64,000 bases of DNA, taken from NCBI GenBank assembly GCA_002269645.1, contig NIVC01001764.1, positions 1 through 64,000 on the forward strand. Reading direction: 5' to 3'. The notes below the pieces were generated by a model. It saw only the letters and a program-made list of their open reading frames with translations, was not told where the DNA came from and did no database searches. Source of the DNA: Macrostomum lignano (taxonomy: Eukaryota). This document shows, piece by piece, positions 26,501-37,870 of this stretch. The translations under genes and the position numbers were made by a program. Numbering within the stretch: position 1 is the stretch's first letter; each line of letters starts with the position of its first letter.

Positions 26501-29500
26501 TTACATAAACTTCGATACATATCGTTAGCCAATTGAACCCCCCACAATTACAGGTAGAGCAGAGCCTACACCGGGGCAGCCTGCACAAATCGCAGGTGCT
26601 GGACTACATTGCCGCCTCTGCCAGCGAAGACTTCATGCGCGAATGGCGCCTGCGCGGCTCCAGGCGCAATGTGATGCGCAAGAACAACTGCCGCAAGCTC
26701 ATCTCCGCCTATCGCCAGCTGCTGAAGGACCAGACGGCTTCGGCCGCGTCGCCTGCCGAGCGTCAGCGGCGTCGACGAAGGACGGCATCGCTGCGACTGG
26801 CCAGCGAGTCGGAGCCGCTGACTGCGGACACCGCCGGTGTGGAAGACGCTCTGAACCTGCTGCACATTTTCTACACGGCCAACGCTGTACCTGCTGAGCT
26901 GTTCCACTCCAAGAAGCTCACTCAGAAGCTCACTCGGCAGGCTCAGGAGCCGCTGATGCTGGCCAGCTTAGCCCTGCCTGACTGGTGCGAGTCTGTGGCC
27001 AACTACTGCCCTATATTGTTCCCATTTAGCCTGCGGCTGCAGCTGTTCCACTGCGTTGCTTTCGGGCCAACCAGGGCGCTCATGTGGATTCAGGCGCAGA
27101 AGCGGCGCGCTCAGGAGCTGCAGCAGGGCCAGACTAAACGGCCTGTTAGGGAGGACCAGCTGCCATTGGGCGAGGTGAGTGACGATATGTATCGAAAATC
27201 GCTTATTAGATGCATTCGTTTAAATTTTGATGTCGCCGATATGTATCGAAAAATAACTATTTTGCACAATGTTGGCAATATGTTTCGAAATAAAAACACT
27301 ATTTACTCAATGTAGCCGATATGTTTCGAAAAAGCAGTATCTAATCAATCTAGCCGATATGTTTCGAAAAAGCAGTATCTACCTAATGTAGCCGATATGT
27401 TTCTAAATAAAAACACTATTTACTCAATGTAGCCGATATGTTTCGAAAAAGCAGTATCTAATCAATCTAGCCGATATGTTTCGAAAAAGCAGTATCTAAT
27501 CAATCTAGCCGATATGTTTCGAAAAAGCAGTATTTACTTAATGTAGCCGATATGTTTCGAAAAAACTATTTACTCAATATAGCCGATATGTTTCGAAAAC
27601 ACGATTTACTCAGTGTAGCCGATATGTATCGAAATAAAATAATATTTACTCAATGTAGCCGATATGGTTTGAAATAAAACACTATTTACTCAATGTAGCC
27701 GATATGTATCGAAATAAAACACTATTTACTCAAAGTAGCCGATATGTATCGAAAAGACATAAATCTCACTACAAACCTACCGCCCCAGGTGGATCTGGGC
27801 CGACTGAAGCGCGAGCGAGTTCGAATCCCCCGCCTGTCTGGCGATCCCCTCCTGGCCTGGGCTGCTCAGCTGCTCGACACTCACGCAGCTCGCAAAGCCG
27901 AACTCGAAGTGCAATTCGATGGCGAGCAGGGCACCGGGCTGGGCCCGACTCTCGAATTCTTCAGCCTGCTGGCAGCTGAGTTCACCCGCCGCGATCTGGG
28001 CATGTGGATCTGCGAAGATCCCAACGCTGATGAGGCTGAGGATGCTGTGGCCGAGGATGGCAAGCCGGTTGGCTACTATGTGACCCGGCCTTCCGGTCTG
28101 TTTCCGGCTCCATATCGCACCTGCCCGCCCAGGGTGGCGGCTCTGTTCCGGCTGCTGGGCATGTCGCTGGCCAAATGCCTGCAGGACGGTCGCCTGATGG
28201 ACGTGAGCTTGAGCACACCGCTGCTCAGACTGCTCTGCCAGGCTCAGGAGCCGGGGGACAGGGACTCCAGTGCCGCTTGGTGGTCTGGCATCCTGGGCTC
28301 GCAGGATTTCGCCTGTCTGTATCCGGAGCGGGCCAGCCTCATCAACCGGCTGGAGTCTGAGCCGGATCGGGCTGCGGTGGCCGCTGAGCTGGAGGACCTG
28401 TGTCTGGACTGCGTCTGGCTGCCCACTTCTCGGGTGTACGGAGAGACTGTGACACCTCTGCGGCGCCTGCAGGAGGCTGAGGGTGCGTGCTGGGGCATAT
28501 CGTAATCGCCCCCTACCTGTGATATCCGCCCCCTACCTGTCTGGCGTATCCGCCCCCTACCTGTCTGGCATATCCGCCCCCTACCTGTCTGGCATATCCG
28601 CCCCCTACCTGTGATATCCGCTCCCTACCTGTTTGGCGTATCCGCCCCCTACCTGTCTGGCGTATCCGCCCCTACCTGTCTGGCATATCCGCCCCCTACC
28701 GATCTGGCGTATCCGCCCCCTACCTGTCTGCCATATCTGCTCCCTACCTGTCTGGCGTATCCGCCCCCTACTGGTCTGGCATATCCGCCCCCTACCTGTC
28801 TGGCATATCTGCTCCCTACCGGTCTGGCATATCCGCCCCCTACCTTCTCATTATCCGCCCCCAACCTCCCCATCATCCGCCCCCTCAACCTCCCCATCAT
28901 CCGCCCCCTTCAACCTCCTCATCATCCGCCTCCTTCAACCTCCCCATCATCCGCCCCCTCAACCTCCCCATCATCCGCCCATTCAACCTCCCCATTATCC
29001 GCCCCCTCAACCTCCCCATCATCCGCCCTCAACCTCCCCATCATCCGCTCCTTACCTCCTCATCATCCGCCCCTTCAACCTCCCCATCATCCGCCCCTTC
29101 AACCTCCCCATCATTCGCCCCTTCAACCTCCCCATCATCCGCCCCTTCAACCTCCTCATCATCCGCCCCTTCAACCTCCCCATCATCCGCCCTCTCCAAC
29201 CTCCCCATCATCCGCCCCTTCAACCTCCCCATCATTCGCCCCTTCAACCTCCCCATCATCCGCCCCCTCAACCTCCCCATCATCCGCCCCCCTCAACCTC
29301 CCCATCATCCGCTCCTTACCTCCTCATCATCCGCCCTCTCCAACCTCCCCATCATCCGCCCATTCAACCTCCCCATTATCCGCCCCCTCAACCTCCCCAT
29401 CATCCGCCCTCAACCTCCCCATCATCCGCCCCCTCAACCTCCCCATCATCCGCCCTCAACCTCCTCATCATCCGCCCCCTCAACCTCCCCATCATCCGCC

Positions 29501-30233
29501 CTCAACCTCCTCATCATCCGCCCCCTCAACCTCCCCATCATCCGCCCTCAACCTCCCCATCATCCGCCCCCTCAACCTCCCCATCATCCGCCCTCAACCT
29601 CCTCATCATCCGCCCCCTCAACCTCCCCATCATCCGCCCCCTGTTAAAATTTCAGCCCCAGCGGAAGCCGCCCCCCTGGCAACCCTGTTCGAGGCCAGCC
29701 CGGAACCGGTGACCCTGTCCAACCTTGCTGAGTTCGCTGCCCTCACGCGCCAGTACGCGCTGGATACCGGTCTGCGCGCTCAGCTGGAAGCGCTCAAAAA
29801 CGGATTCGACTCCGTGTTCCCCATGCACCGCCTGAGGCTGTTCACCCCGGAGGAGCTGCGCTCTCTGCTCTGCGGCGAGCAGGCGCCCGAATGGACCAGA
29901 GAAGACATTCTGGAGCACACGGAGCCCAAGAACGGTTACCATAGAGACCACCCAACTGTGCTCATGCTGGCCGATGTGCTCACCGAGTTCAACCCAGCCG
30001 AGAGGAAGCAGTTCCTGCAGTTCGCCACTGGCTGCTCAAGTCTGCCACCGGGCGGACTCAGGAATCTGCATCCCAGACTCACCATTGTCCGCAAGCACGA
30101 CTCTAGCGATGGATCATATCCGTCTGTGAACACCTGCCTGCACTATCTGAAACTGCCTGAGTACTCGTGCTCAGCTGTCATGCGAGACCGGATCCTTGTG
30201 GCCACTCTGGAGAAGGGATTTCATCTCAATTGA
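15056..30233 (+). CDS. HECTD1: E3 ubiquitin-protein ligase HECTD1; exons 15056-17120, 17751-18216, 18968-20414, 21708-22085, 23138-24892, 26554-27174, 27789-28482, 29656-30233; about 2667 aa
   Basis: Starts [13 protein letters not shown]. Contains ARM-like N-terminus, ankyrin repeats ([32 protein letters not shown]), SUN-like domain ([28 protein letters not shown]), MIB/HERC2 domain ([15 protein letters not shown]), basic helix bundle, and HECT domain ending [23 protein letters not shown]. All seven junctions are GT-AG and phase-compatible (8004 nt). The last acceptor could alternatively be at 29661. Confidence 0.96.
17225..17705. repeat. About 43-45 bp minisatellite, HECTD1 intron 1
   Basis: Unit CCCAATGTACACCGCCAACTCACCCCTCCCGATTCTTTCTACC. 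Confidence 0.9.
18222..18772. repeat. (TCTG)n microsatellite, HECTD1 intron 2
   Basis: Direct inspection. Confidence 0.97.
20515..21415. repeat. (CAGA)n microsatellite with variant blocks, HECTD1 intron 3
   Basis: Direct inspection; reverse complement of the intron 2 repeat. Confidence 0.97.
22160..23130. repeat. 20-29 bp minisatellite (AAAACCGGCCTTCAAATCC..), HECTD1 intron 4
   Basis: Unit lengthens from about 20 to about 29 bp along the array. Confidence 0.93.
24945..26100. repeat. 35-bp G-rich minisatellite (GACTAGATTAGAGGGGTGTGAGATTGGTAGGGTGG), HECTD1 intron 5
   Basis: About 25 good copies that decay at both ends. Confidence 0.93.
26280..26533. repeat. 53-bp tandem repeat, about 5 copies, just before the HECTD1 exon 6 acceptor
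   Basis: Unit ATTACATAAACTTCRATACATATCGTTAGCCAATTGCAGAGAAAAGCCAATGC. Confidence 0.92.
27180..27770. repeat. About 38-42 bp minisatellite (GCCGATATGTTTCGAAAAAGCAGTATCTAATCAATCTA), HECTD1 intron 6
   Basis: Direct inspection. Confidence 0.9.
28505..29642. repeat. 24-bp C-rich minisatellite with two unit types, HECTD1 intron 7
   Basis: CCGCCCCCTACCTGTCTGGCGTAT switches to CCGCCCCCTCAACCTCCCCATCAT near 28850. Confidence 0.93.
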
Positions 30234-30474
30234 GTCGGTTGAGGATGACGGCTTGAAATTTGTTGCTGTTTATTGAATCAGTGTTGCCCTTCCCTGTCAT
30301 TGCTGCTTCTGGGTTGGATCTGTCTGTCTTTTGGCTTTTGAAACTGTTTAATGTGCTGTTGGATCATTAGGTAATTATTGGGGGTGGAAATCAGGTGGTG
30401 GGTCATTGGGTCTTGATTGGGTATAAAATCGTTAGGATACTAATTTGAGCTCATTTAAAGTCAAGCTTCAGATA

Positions 30475-31025
30475 ATAATAACAGGTCATTCAAGGTCATT
30501 GTTCAGATGCTAATAGCAGGTCATTTAAGGTCATTGTTCAGATGATAATAACTGGTCATTAAGGGTCATTGTTCAGATGCTAATAACAGGTCATTTAAGT
30601 TCATTGTTCAGATAATAATAACGGGTCATTTAAGGTCTTGTTCAGATGCTAATAACAGGTCATTTAAGGTCATTGTTCAGATAATAATAACTGGTCATTT
30701 AAGGTCGTTGTTCAGATAATAATAACAGGTCATTTAAGGTCTTGTTCAGATGCTAATAACAGGTCATTTAAGGTCATTGTTCAGATAATAATAACAGGTC
30801 ATTTAAGGTCATTGTTCAGATAATAATAACGGGTCATTTAAGGTCATTGTTCAGATAATAATAACGGGTCGTTTAAGGTCTTGTTCAGATGCTAATAACA
30901 GGTCATTTAAGGTCATTGTTTAGATAATAATAACTGGTCATTTAAGGTCATTGTTCAGATAATAATAACAGGTCATTTAAGGTCATTGTTCAGATGCTAA
31001 TAACAGGTCATTCAAGGTCATTGTC
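30475..31025. repeat. 35-bp minisatellite (AATAACAGGTCATTTAAGGTCATTGTTCAGATGCT) downstream of the HECTD1 stop
   Basis: About 15 copies. Confidence 0.92.
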
Positions 31026-31706
31026 ATTGTTAGTTAGGATACTAAAAACAGATCATTTATGGTCATAATTAAATAATTTATAAACACTAGTGTTTCATCG
31101 AAGAACAGATGACCTTCAAATGTTCTTTGTCGTGTGGCAAACTGTTTACATCATCAAATAAACTAAAAAGATATAATTCTAAGTTAATCAGTAGCGAAGA
31201 GCATTGAAATCATAAACTATATTTGCTATATTGTGTACAAGTGCTTGCAACATCCCCTATACATACTAATTATTTATTAATGAGAGTACTAACCAATTCA
31301 TCTAGCCCCCCTCCCAGCTAATTTTCTGTTAAATTGATAAATTTATTAATTGCTTTTTTGCATTGCAACTCAATATATTATTCGCTTTATCTCCGCGACT
31401 CCATTAATCTGACCTTAAACTTCAATTTCCTATCCAGAATTGCCCAAGTGGAAGTTTTAGTGTAGCATTATATATTAACTATACTAACATATATTGTTAA
31501 CATCTTGATCAGTTTCCATTTATTCACAAGCGGTTGAATGCTCAGATCGAACAGAGAAAACTGCAAAACAAATTTATTTTCTGTGATCACCGTGCCATCA
31601 ATTCCAGATCATTTAATTGGGTCTGTCTGTTCTTTTTGCTTTTTAAATTCACCTTTAGATGCTTTATTAACTTCGTCTGTCTTTGCTATTTGAACCTCGC
31701 TTTGTC

Positions 31707-32548
31707 CGGGGGTCGGCTGACCTCGGCCAGCCAAGCCGGGTCTTTTGAGAAATTTCACAATTGCAATCCGGCCCGCTCAAGGCTTGTGGCTCTTCTGAGC
31801 CCTCTTCTCTCTCTTCTCTTCTCTCCCCTCTTCTCTCCCCTGCCCTCTTCTCTCCCCTCTTCTCTCTCTTCTCTACCCTCTTCTCTCTCTTCTCTCTTTC
31901 CCTCTTCTCTCTCCCTATCCCCTCTCTTCTCTCCCCTCCCCTCGTCTCTCCCCTCTTCTCTCTCCCTCTCCCCTCTCTCCTCGCCCCTCCTCTCTCCACT
32001 CTCTCCCCTCTTCTCTCCCCTGCCCTGTTCTCTCTCCTCTTCTCTCCCCTCTTCTCTCCCCTCTTCTCTCTCTTCTCTCCCCTCTTCTCTCCCCTATTCT
32101 CTCCCCTCTTCTCTCCCCTCTTCTCTCCCCTCTTCTCTCCCCTCTTCTCTCCCCTCTTCTCTCCTCTCTTCTCTCCCCTCCCCTCTTCTCTCTCCCTCTC
32201 CCCTCTCTCCTCGCCCCTCCTCTCTCCATTCTCTCCCCTCCCCTCTTCTCTCCCCTCCCCTCTTCTCTCTCCCCTCTTCTCTTCCCTCTTCTCTCCCCTC
32301 TTCTCTCCCCTCTTCTCTCTTCCTTCTTCTCTCCCCTCTTCTCTCCCCTCCCCTCTTCTCTCCCCTCCCCTCTTCTCTCCCCTCCCGCCTTCTCTCCCCT
32401 CCCCTCTCAAGGTCTGTCTCCTCTCATCTCTCTCTTCCCTCCTCTTCTCTACTCTTATCTCTATCCCCCTTCCTCTCCCATCTGGCCCGCAGCCATGAGC
32501 TGCATGACTCATCTGGCCCTTTAATGTAAGAAAGTCTGCCGACCCCTG
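31707..32548. mobile_element. Non-autonomous hAT-type MITE with internal CT-rich minisatellite (copy 1)
   Basis: Ends CGGGGGTCGGCTGAC and (reverse complement) CAGGGGTCGGCAGAC..AAGGGCCAGAT resemble Charlie/MER58-type hAT termini. Flanks GCTTTGTC and GTTCAGTC match only 5/8. Confidence 0.6.
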
Positions 32549-33043
32549 GTTCAGTCTGTCCTCTCGATTATTCGATCCCTTGGAATCAAAGTGCTTTTTG
32601 TTCTTTTAAACTGTTATCCTCTCGCACCGCTTCGCACCTCACCCCACTGTTGAGTTCCTGTGCAGGGTGTCTCGCTTCTGTACAATATTATAATGATAGT
32701 ATAACCATATAATTACTATTGTTTATCCCAGTTCTATAAATACATAAACCTTTAGCTTTTCATTGCACGTTTCTTTTGGCAATTTTGAGAAAAAAGAATT
32801 GCTACAAATGCACATTCAATTGGTAGTGTTGACTTTCGGCTTTCTGATTGATCTGTGCTTTTAATCAACTGCTGGATTGAATCAACTACAGAGAAAACTG
32901 CAAAACAAATTTATTTTCTGTGATCACCGTGCCATCAATTCCAGATCATTTAATTGGGTCTGTCTGTTCTTTTTGCTTTTTAAATTCACCTTTAGATGCT
33001 TTATTAACTTCGTCTGTCTTTGCTATTTGAACCTCGCTTTGTC

Positions 33044-33880
33044 CGGGGGTCGGCTGACCTCGGCCAGCCAAGCCGGGTCTTTTGAGAAATTTCACAATTG
33101 CAATCCGGCCCGCTCAAGGCTTGTGGCTCTTCTGAGCCCTCTTCTCTCTCTTCTCTTCTCTCCCCTCTTCTCTCCCCTGCCCTCTTCTCTCCCCTTCTCT
33201 CTCTTCTCTACCCTCTTCTCTCTCTTCTCTCTTTCCCTCTTCTCTCTCCCTATCCCCTCTCTTCTCTCCCCTCCCCTCGTCTCTCCCCTCTTCTCTCTCC
33301 CTCTCCCCTCTCTCCTCGCCCCTCCTCTCTCCACTCTCTCCCCTCTTCTCTCCCCTGCCCTGTTCTCTCTCCTCTTCTCTCCCCTCTTCTCTCCCCTCTT
33401 CTCTCTCTTCTCTCCCCTCTTCTCTCCCCTATTCTCTCCCCTCTTCTCTCCCCTCTTCTCTCCCTCTTCTCTCCCCTCTTCTCTCCCCTCTTCTCTCCTC
33501 TCTTCTCTCCCCTCCCTCTTCTCTCTCCCTCTCCCCTCTCTCCTCGCCCCTCCTCTCTCCATTCTCTCCCCTCCCCTCTTCTCTCCCCTCCCCTCTTCTC
33601 TCTCCCCTCTTCTCTTCCCTCTTCTCTCCCCTCTTCTCTCCCCTCTTCTCTCTTCCTTCTTCTCTCCCTCTTCTCTCCCCTCCCCTCTTCTCTCCCCTCC
33701 CCTCTTCTCTCCCCTCCCGCCTTCTCTCCCCTCCCCTCTCAAGGTCTGTCTCCTCTCATCTCTCTCTTCCCTCCTCTTCTCTACTCTTATCTCTATCCCC
33801 CTTCCTCTCCCATCTGGCCCGCAGCCATGAGCTGCATGACTCATCTGGCCCTTTAATGTAAGAAAGTCTGCCGACCCCTG
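33044..33880. mobile_element. hAT-type MITE, copy 2 (produced by the tandem duplication)
   Basis: Same termini and flanks as copy 1. Confidence 0.6.
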
Positions 33881-34204
33881 GTTCAGTCTGTCCTCTCGAT
33901 TATTCGATCCCTTGGAATCAAAGTGCTTTTTGTTCTTTTAAACTGTTATCCTCTCGCACCGCTTCGCACCTCACCCCACTGTTGAGTTCCTGTGCAGGGT
34001 GTCTCGCTTCTGTACAATATTATAATGATAGTATAACCATATAATTACTATTGTTTATCCCAGTTCTATAAATACATAAACCTTTAGCTTTTCATTGCAC
34101 GTTTCTTTTGGCAATTTTGAGAAAAAAGAATTGCTACAAATGCACATTCAATTGGTAGTGTTGACTTTCGGCTTTCTGATTGATCTGTGCTTTTAATCAA
34201 CTGC

Positions 34205-34610
34205 TGGATTGGGATTTGGGAGATGCTGATTGGGATTTGGGAGATGCTGATTGGGATTTGGAAGATGCTGATTGGGATTTTGGAGATGCTGATTGGGATT
34301 TGGGAGATGCTGATTGGGATTTGGGAGATGCTGATTGGGATTTGGGAGATGCTGATTGGGATTTGGGAGATGCTGATTGGGATTTGGGAGATGCTAATTG
34401 TGATTTGGGAGATGCTGATTGGGATTTGGGAGATGCTGATTGGGATTTGGGAGATGCTGATTGGGATTTGGGAGATGCTAATTGGAATTTGGGAGATGCT
34501 GATTGGGATTTGGGATTTGAGAGATGCTGATTGGGATTTGGGATTTTGGAGATGCTGATGGGGATTTGGGAAATGCTGATTGGGATTTGGGAGATGAAGA
34601 TTAGGATTTT
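34205..34610. repeat. 21-bp minisatellite (GGGATTTGGGAGATGCTGATT), copy in duplicated unit A
   Basis: The same array recurs at 40515-40870. Confidence 0.95.
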
Positions 34611-34979
34611 AGAGATACTGATAGGGAGTAAGGAAGTGCAACATATAATTGGAGTTGGTACATACATTACATCCACATATGTACATTTAGAAGCCTTTTC
34701 GATTGGTCTCAATTTTGTTTGAAGCAGTGCTTGGTGCAGAGCCCTGTAGTGTTTACTTATTTTTTGCATGGTTACATCTGAATATTATTGGATATAAATT
34801 TCATGAAATTTACGCCTTTATTATTCAGGAAACAAAGGCCCAGTTTATTTCGATTTAGATTAGATGGCATCAACAACAGAGAGAATTAACAGCGGCTACA
34901 TTAATTAGGGAAAAACAGTCGTGGGTTTGTCGTTACAACTTTTCTTCGAGTAGGTGCGGCTCCTGTGTTGTTTACGGGC

Positions 34980-35945
34980 CGTGTGTTTGGGGCGGGCCCC
35001 GTGATACAAACTGGCCGTGTGTTTGGGGCGGGCCCCGTGATACAAACTGGCCGTATGTTTGGGGCGGGCCCCGTGATACAAACTGGCCGTGTGTTTGGGG
35101 CGGGCCCCGTGATACAAACTGGCCGTATGTTTAGGGCGGGCCCCATGATAGGAACTGGCCGTATGTTTGGGGCGGGCCTCATGATAGGAACTGGCCGTAT
35201 GTTTGGGGCGGGCCCCATGATAGGAACTGGCCGTATGTTTGGGGCGGGCCCCATGATAGGAACTGGCCGTATGTTTGGGGCGGGCCCCATGATAGGAACT
35301 GGCCGTATGTTTGGGGCGGGCCCCATGATAGGAACTGGCCGTATGTTTGGGGCGGGCCCCATGATAGGAACTGGCCGTATGTTTGGGGCGGGCCCCGTGA
35401 TAGGAACTGGCCGTATGTTTGGGGCGGGCCCCATGATAGGAACTGGCCGTATGTTTGGGGCGGGCCCCATGATAGGAACTGGCCGTATGTTTGGGGCGGG
35501 CCCCATGATAGGAACTGGCCGTATGTTTGGGGCGGGCCCCATGATAGGAACTGGCCGTATGTTTGGGGCGGGCCCCATGATAGGAACTGGCCGTATGTTT
35601 GGGGCGGGCCCCATGATAGGAACTGGCCGTATGTTTGGGGCGGGCCCCATGATAGGAACTGGCCGTATGTTTGGGGCGGGCCCCATGATAGGAACTGGCC
35701 GTATGTTTGGGGCGGGCCCCATGATAGGAACTGGCCGTATGTTTGGGGCGGGCCCCATGATAGGAACTGGCCGTATGTTTGGGGCGGGCCCCATGATAGG
35801 AACTGGCCGTATGTTTGGGGCGGGCCCCATGATAGGAACTGGCCGTATGTTTGGGGCGGGCCCCATGATAGGAACTGGCCGTATGTTTGGGGCGGGCCCC
35901 ATGATAGGAACTGGCCGTATGTTTGGGGCGGGCCCCATGATACGA
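34980..35945. repeat. 36-bp minisatellite (about 27 copies) within the 3' end of DUF2431-like gene A
   Basis: Unit TTTGGGGCGGGCCCCATGATAGGAACTGGCCGTATG; reads SWGPPQTYGQFL in the gene frame. Confidence 0.97.
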
Positions 35946-36721
35946 ACTGGCCCTGTGGTAGTTGCTGACCCTGTGCTTGTTGCAGGTTTTGCCGTCGGAA
36001 CTGCAGAGTAGCGAATTGCTTGTTTTCTGTCAGTGACTTTGCTTTATCAAGCAGAGGGTTAGTAAATTTGTGCACATATCCTCGATCCAGCATTTTGCCA
36101 ACAAATTCTCTGTCGGCACCGAGACACTCGTAGCCGTTCTGTGCCGCTACAGCCTTCGGATTGCCGTACCTTGTGACCCATTTTAACGGGTTTTTTTGGT
36201 AGAGTTGAGTCAACGCACAGCCCGATGAGCAGCAGCTCGCCATGGTTTTGAACCTTCGCCGCGGCTGCCATTACTCTCTCTAGGAAAGCCTGCTGATTCT
36301 CGCGATCTTTTTTCGACCACGGACACTGAAACCACAGGAAGATGTCCCAATTACTCTCCCGAGAAAGGGAAAGCGTCTGTAAAAATTCATCTCTGGTTTC
36401 TCCCATATTTGTAGCGTCAAGACGCAGTCGCCTTGGCCAGCGGTTTCTGATTTCTTGTTCTTGAACCAAAATGTCAGTAGCAACGATTCCGTCCCAAATC
36501 GGATGCCCGACGCCCAAAAGTTCGCCACGCAGTTTTGCAAATGCGGTGCTGAACGTGAAGAACTTGCCCTCTCCGAGGAACACAATGCATGTGCTGGGGT
36601 GAGGTGCAGGTACACGCAGTGAGATGAGAGGGTAGCTTTCACCATTGATGGGGAACTCATTAGTCCATTGAGGCTCCTGATTAATATTCATTGCCTCCAT
36701 CCTTTCTGCCAGTCCAGTCAT
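35179..36721 (-). pseudogene. DUF2431/BMT5-like SAM-dependent methyltransferase-fold gene, copy A; +1 frameshift at an A-run near 36190 (pseudogene or sequencing error)
   Basis: ORF 36059-36721 (FLGEGKFFTFS..LDAT..WFQCPW) continues in ORF 35179-36243 (KWVTRYGNPK..GYECLGADREF..GYVH). Deleting one A gives TLPKNPLKW, matching TLPKNKPTEEKW in copy B. Confidence 0.75.
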
Positions 36722-37394
36722 CTTCTATCCTGTTGCAAAGGAAATGATAGATGGCATAGTTAGTGCTGTCCTAAAAAAGGTTTAACAAAACTAATTAATA
36801 CGAGCGTACAGATAATTTTTGCACAGAGCTCGCATTGTAAATATTTAGCAACGCAGAGTATTAAGTGTATTTCCACTTACCTGTTGCCAATAATGATCGA
36901 AAATATGCTTAAAAAGGCTTAAAAATATGCTTACAGATCAAGTGTTAGGCTGTAAAAGCTTTAGGCTTCGGCCTAAGTGTATTTATAAGCTTGGGGAGCC
37001 ACTAAAGATCGTGAAACCAAGCCTACAGTTGAAAGTTGAACTTGGGGGCGAAAACTAGAAGCGAAGATAAGAAGCCTAAAGTGGGGGTAGTTAGAAGACA
37101 GCAAGTGAGATTAGAGCTATGATAAGAGTCTAACAGCCACCCCCATCAATGCAATCTGGCCAGGGAGCAATGACACGACTCACCTGAAAGACACTCCGGT
37201 GGCCTGACGTGCGAATCAATTTAAAGATGAACTCTGGACTTGACCTCTTATAGTCCCTGGACTCAACCTTGCGAAGTAACTGATATCGAATTACCCTCCT
37301 CGCCACGTAGCAACGCGTTTGTCTAATTTTGCTGCGTCTGTTTTTTAGACCCTGCCATTGCTAAGCCAGCGGCATGGTCTGAAAAAGTGAGACT

Positions 37395-37515
37395 GAGAGC
37401 GGAGGTGGAGATGGAGATGTGAGGCTGAGAGGGGAGGTGGAGATGGAGAGGTGAGGCTGAGAGGGGAGGTGGAGATGGAGAGGTGAGACTGACAGGAAGG
37501 TGGAGACCGAGAGGT
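37395..37515. repeat. About 30-bp GA-rich minisatellite (GAGAGGAGGTGGAGATGGAGAGGTGAGACT), short copy
   Basis: Same family at 43445-44030 and 45505-46262. Confidence 0.85.
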
Positions 37516-37734
37516 GATACTGAGATAATGTCTAATGATGGATCTTCCTGCATCCATAAATGCTTTTTGCTTTTTTGCTCACAAAATTTGCTCTTTTTAT
37601 AAAGGCTGCTTCTGCTTTAACTGCTCGAAATTTTTTTCTCAATTTTCAAATTCTGAGAAATTTTTGGCTCTCTGGCTCGACTGAAAGCCTTCATGGCTGC
37701 GGCTTCAGTTCAACAGCACTTGACGAGCAAATAA

Positions 37735-37870
37735 TTGTTCACCAATGCTGTGTTCACCAATGCTGTGTTCACCAATGCTGTGTTCACCAATGCTGTGTTC
37801 ACCAATGCTGTGTTCACCAATGCTGTGTTCACCAATGCTGTGTTCACCAATGCTGTTTACAATGCTGTGT
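37735..37870. repeat. 15-bp tandem repeat (CACCAATGCTGTGTT)
   Basis: About 9 copies. Confidence 0.92.

Larger units (their letters stand above)
31551..34211. repeat. Near-identical direct tandem duplication of about 1.33 kb (31551-32879 and 32888-34211)
   Basis: Unique flanks match base for base; only the internal CT-rich array differs slightly. Confidence 0.93.

Noticed and set aside
26280-27770. Regularly spaced 38-53 bp repeats resembling CRISPR arrays
   Set aside because: Units are contiguous with no unique spacers, lie in spliceosomal introns, and no cas genes are present.
15872-30133. Antisense and alternative-frame ORFs overlapping HECTD1 exons
   Set aside because: Expected by-products of GC-rich coding sequence; no recognisable motifs.
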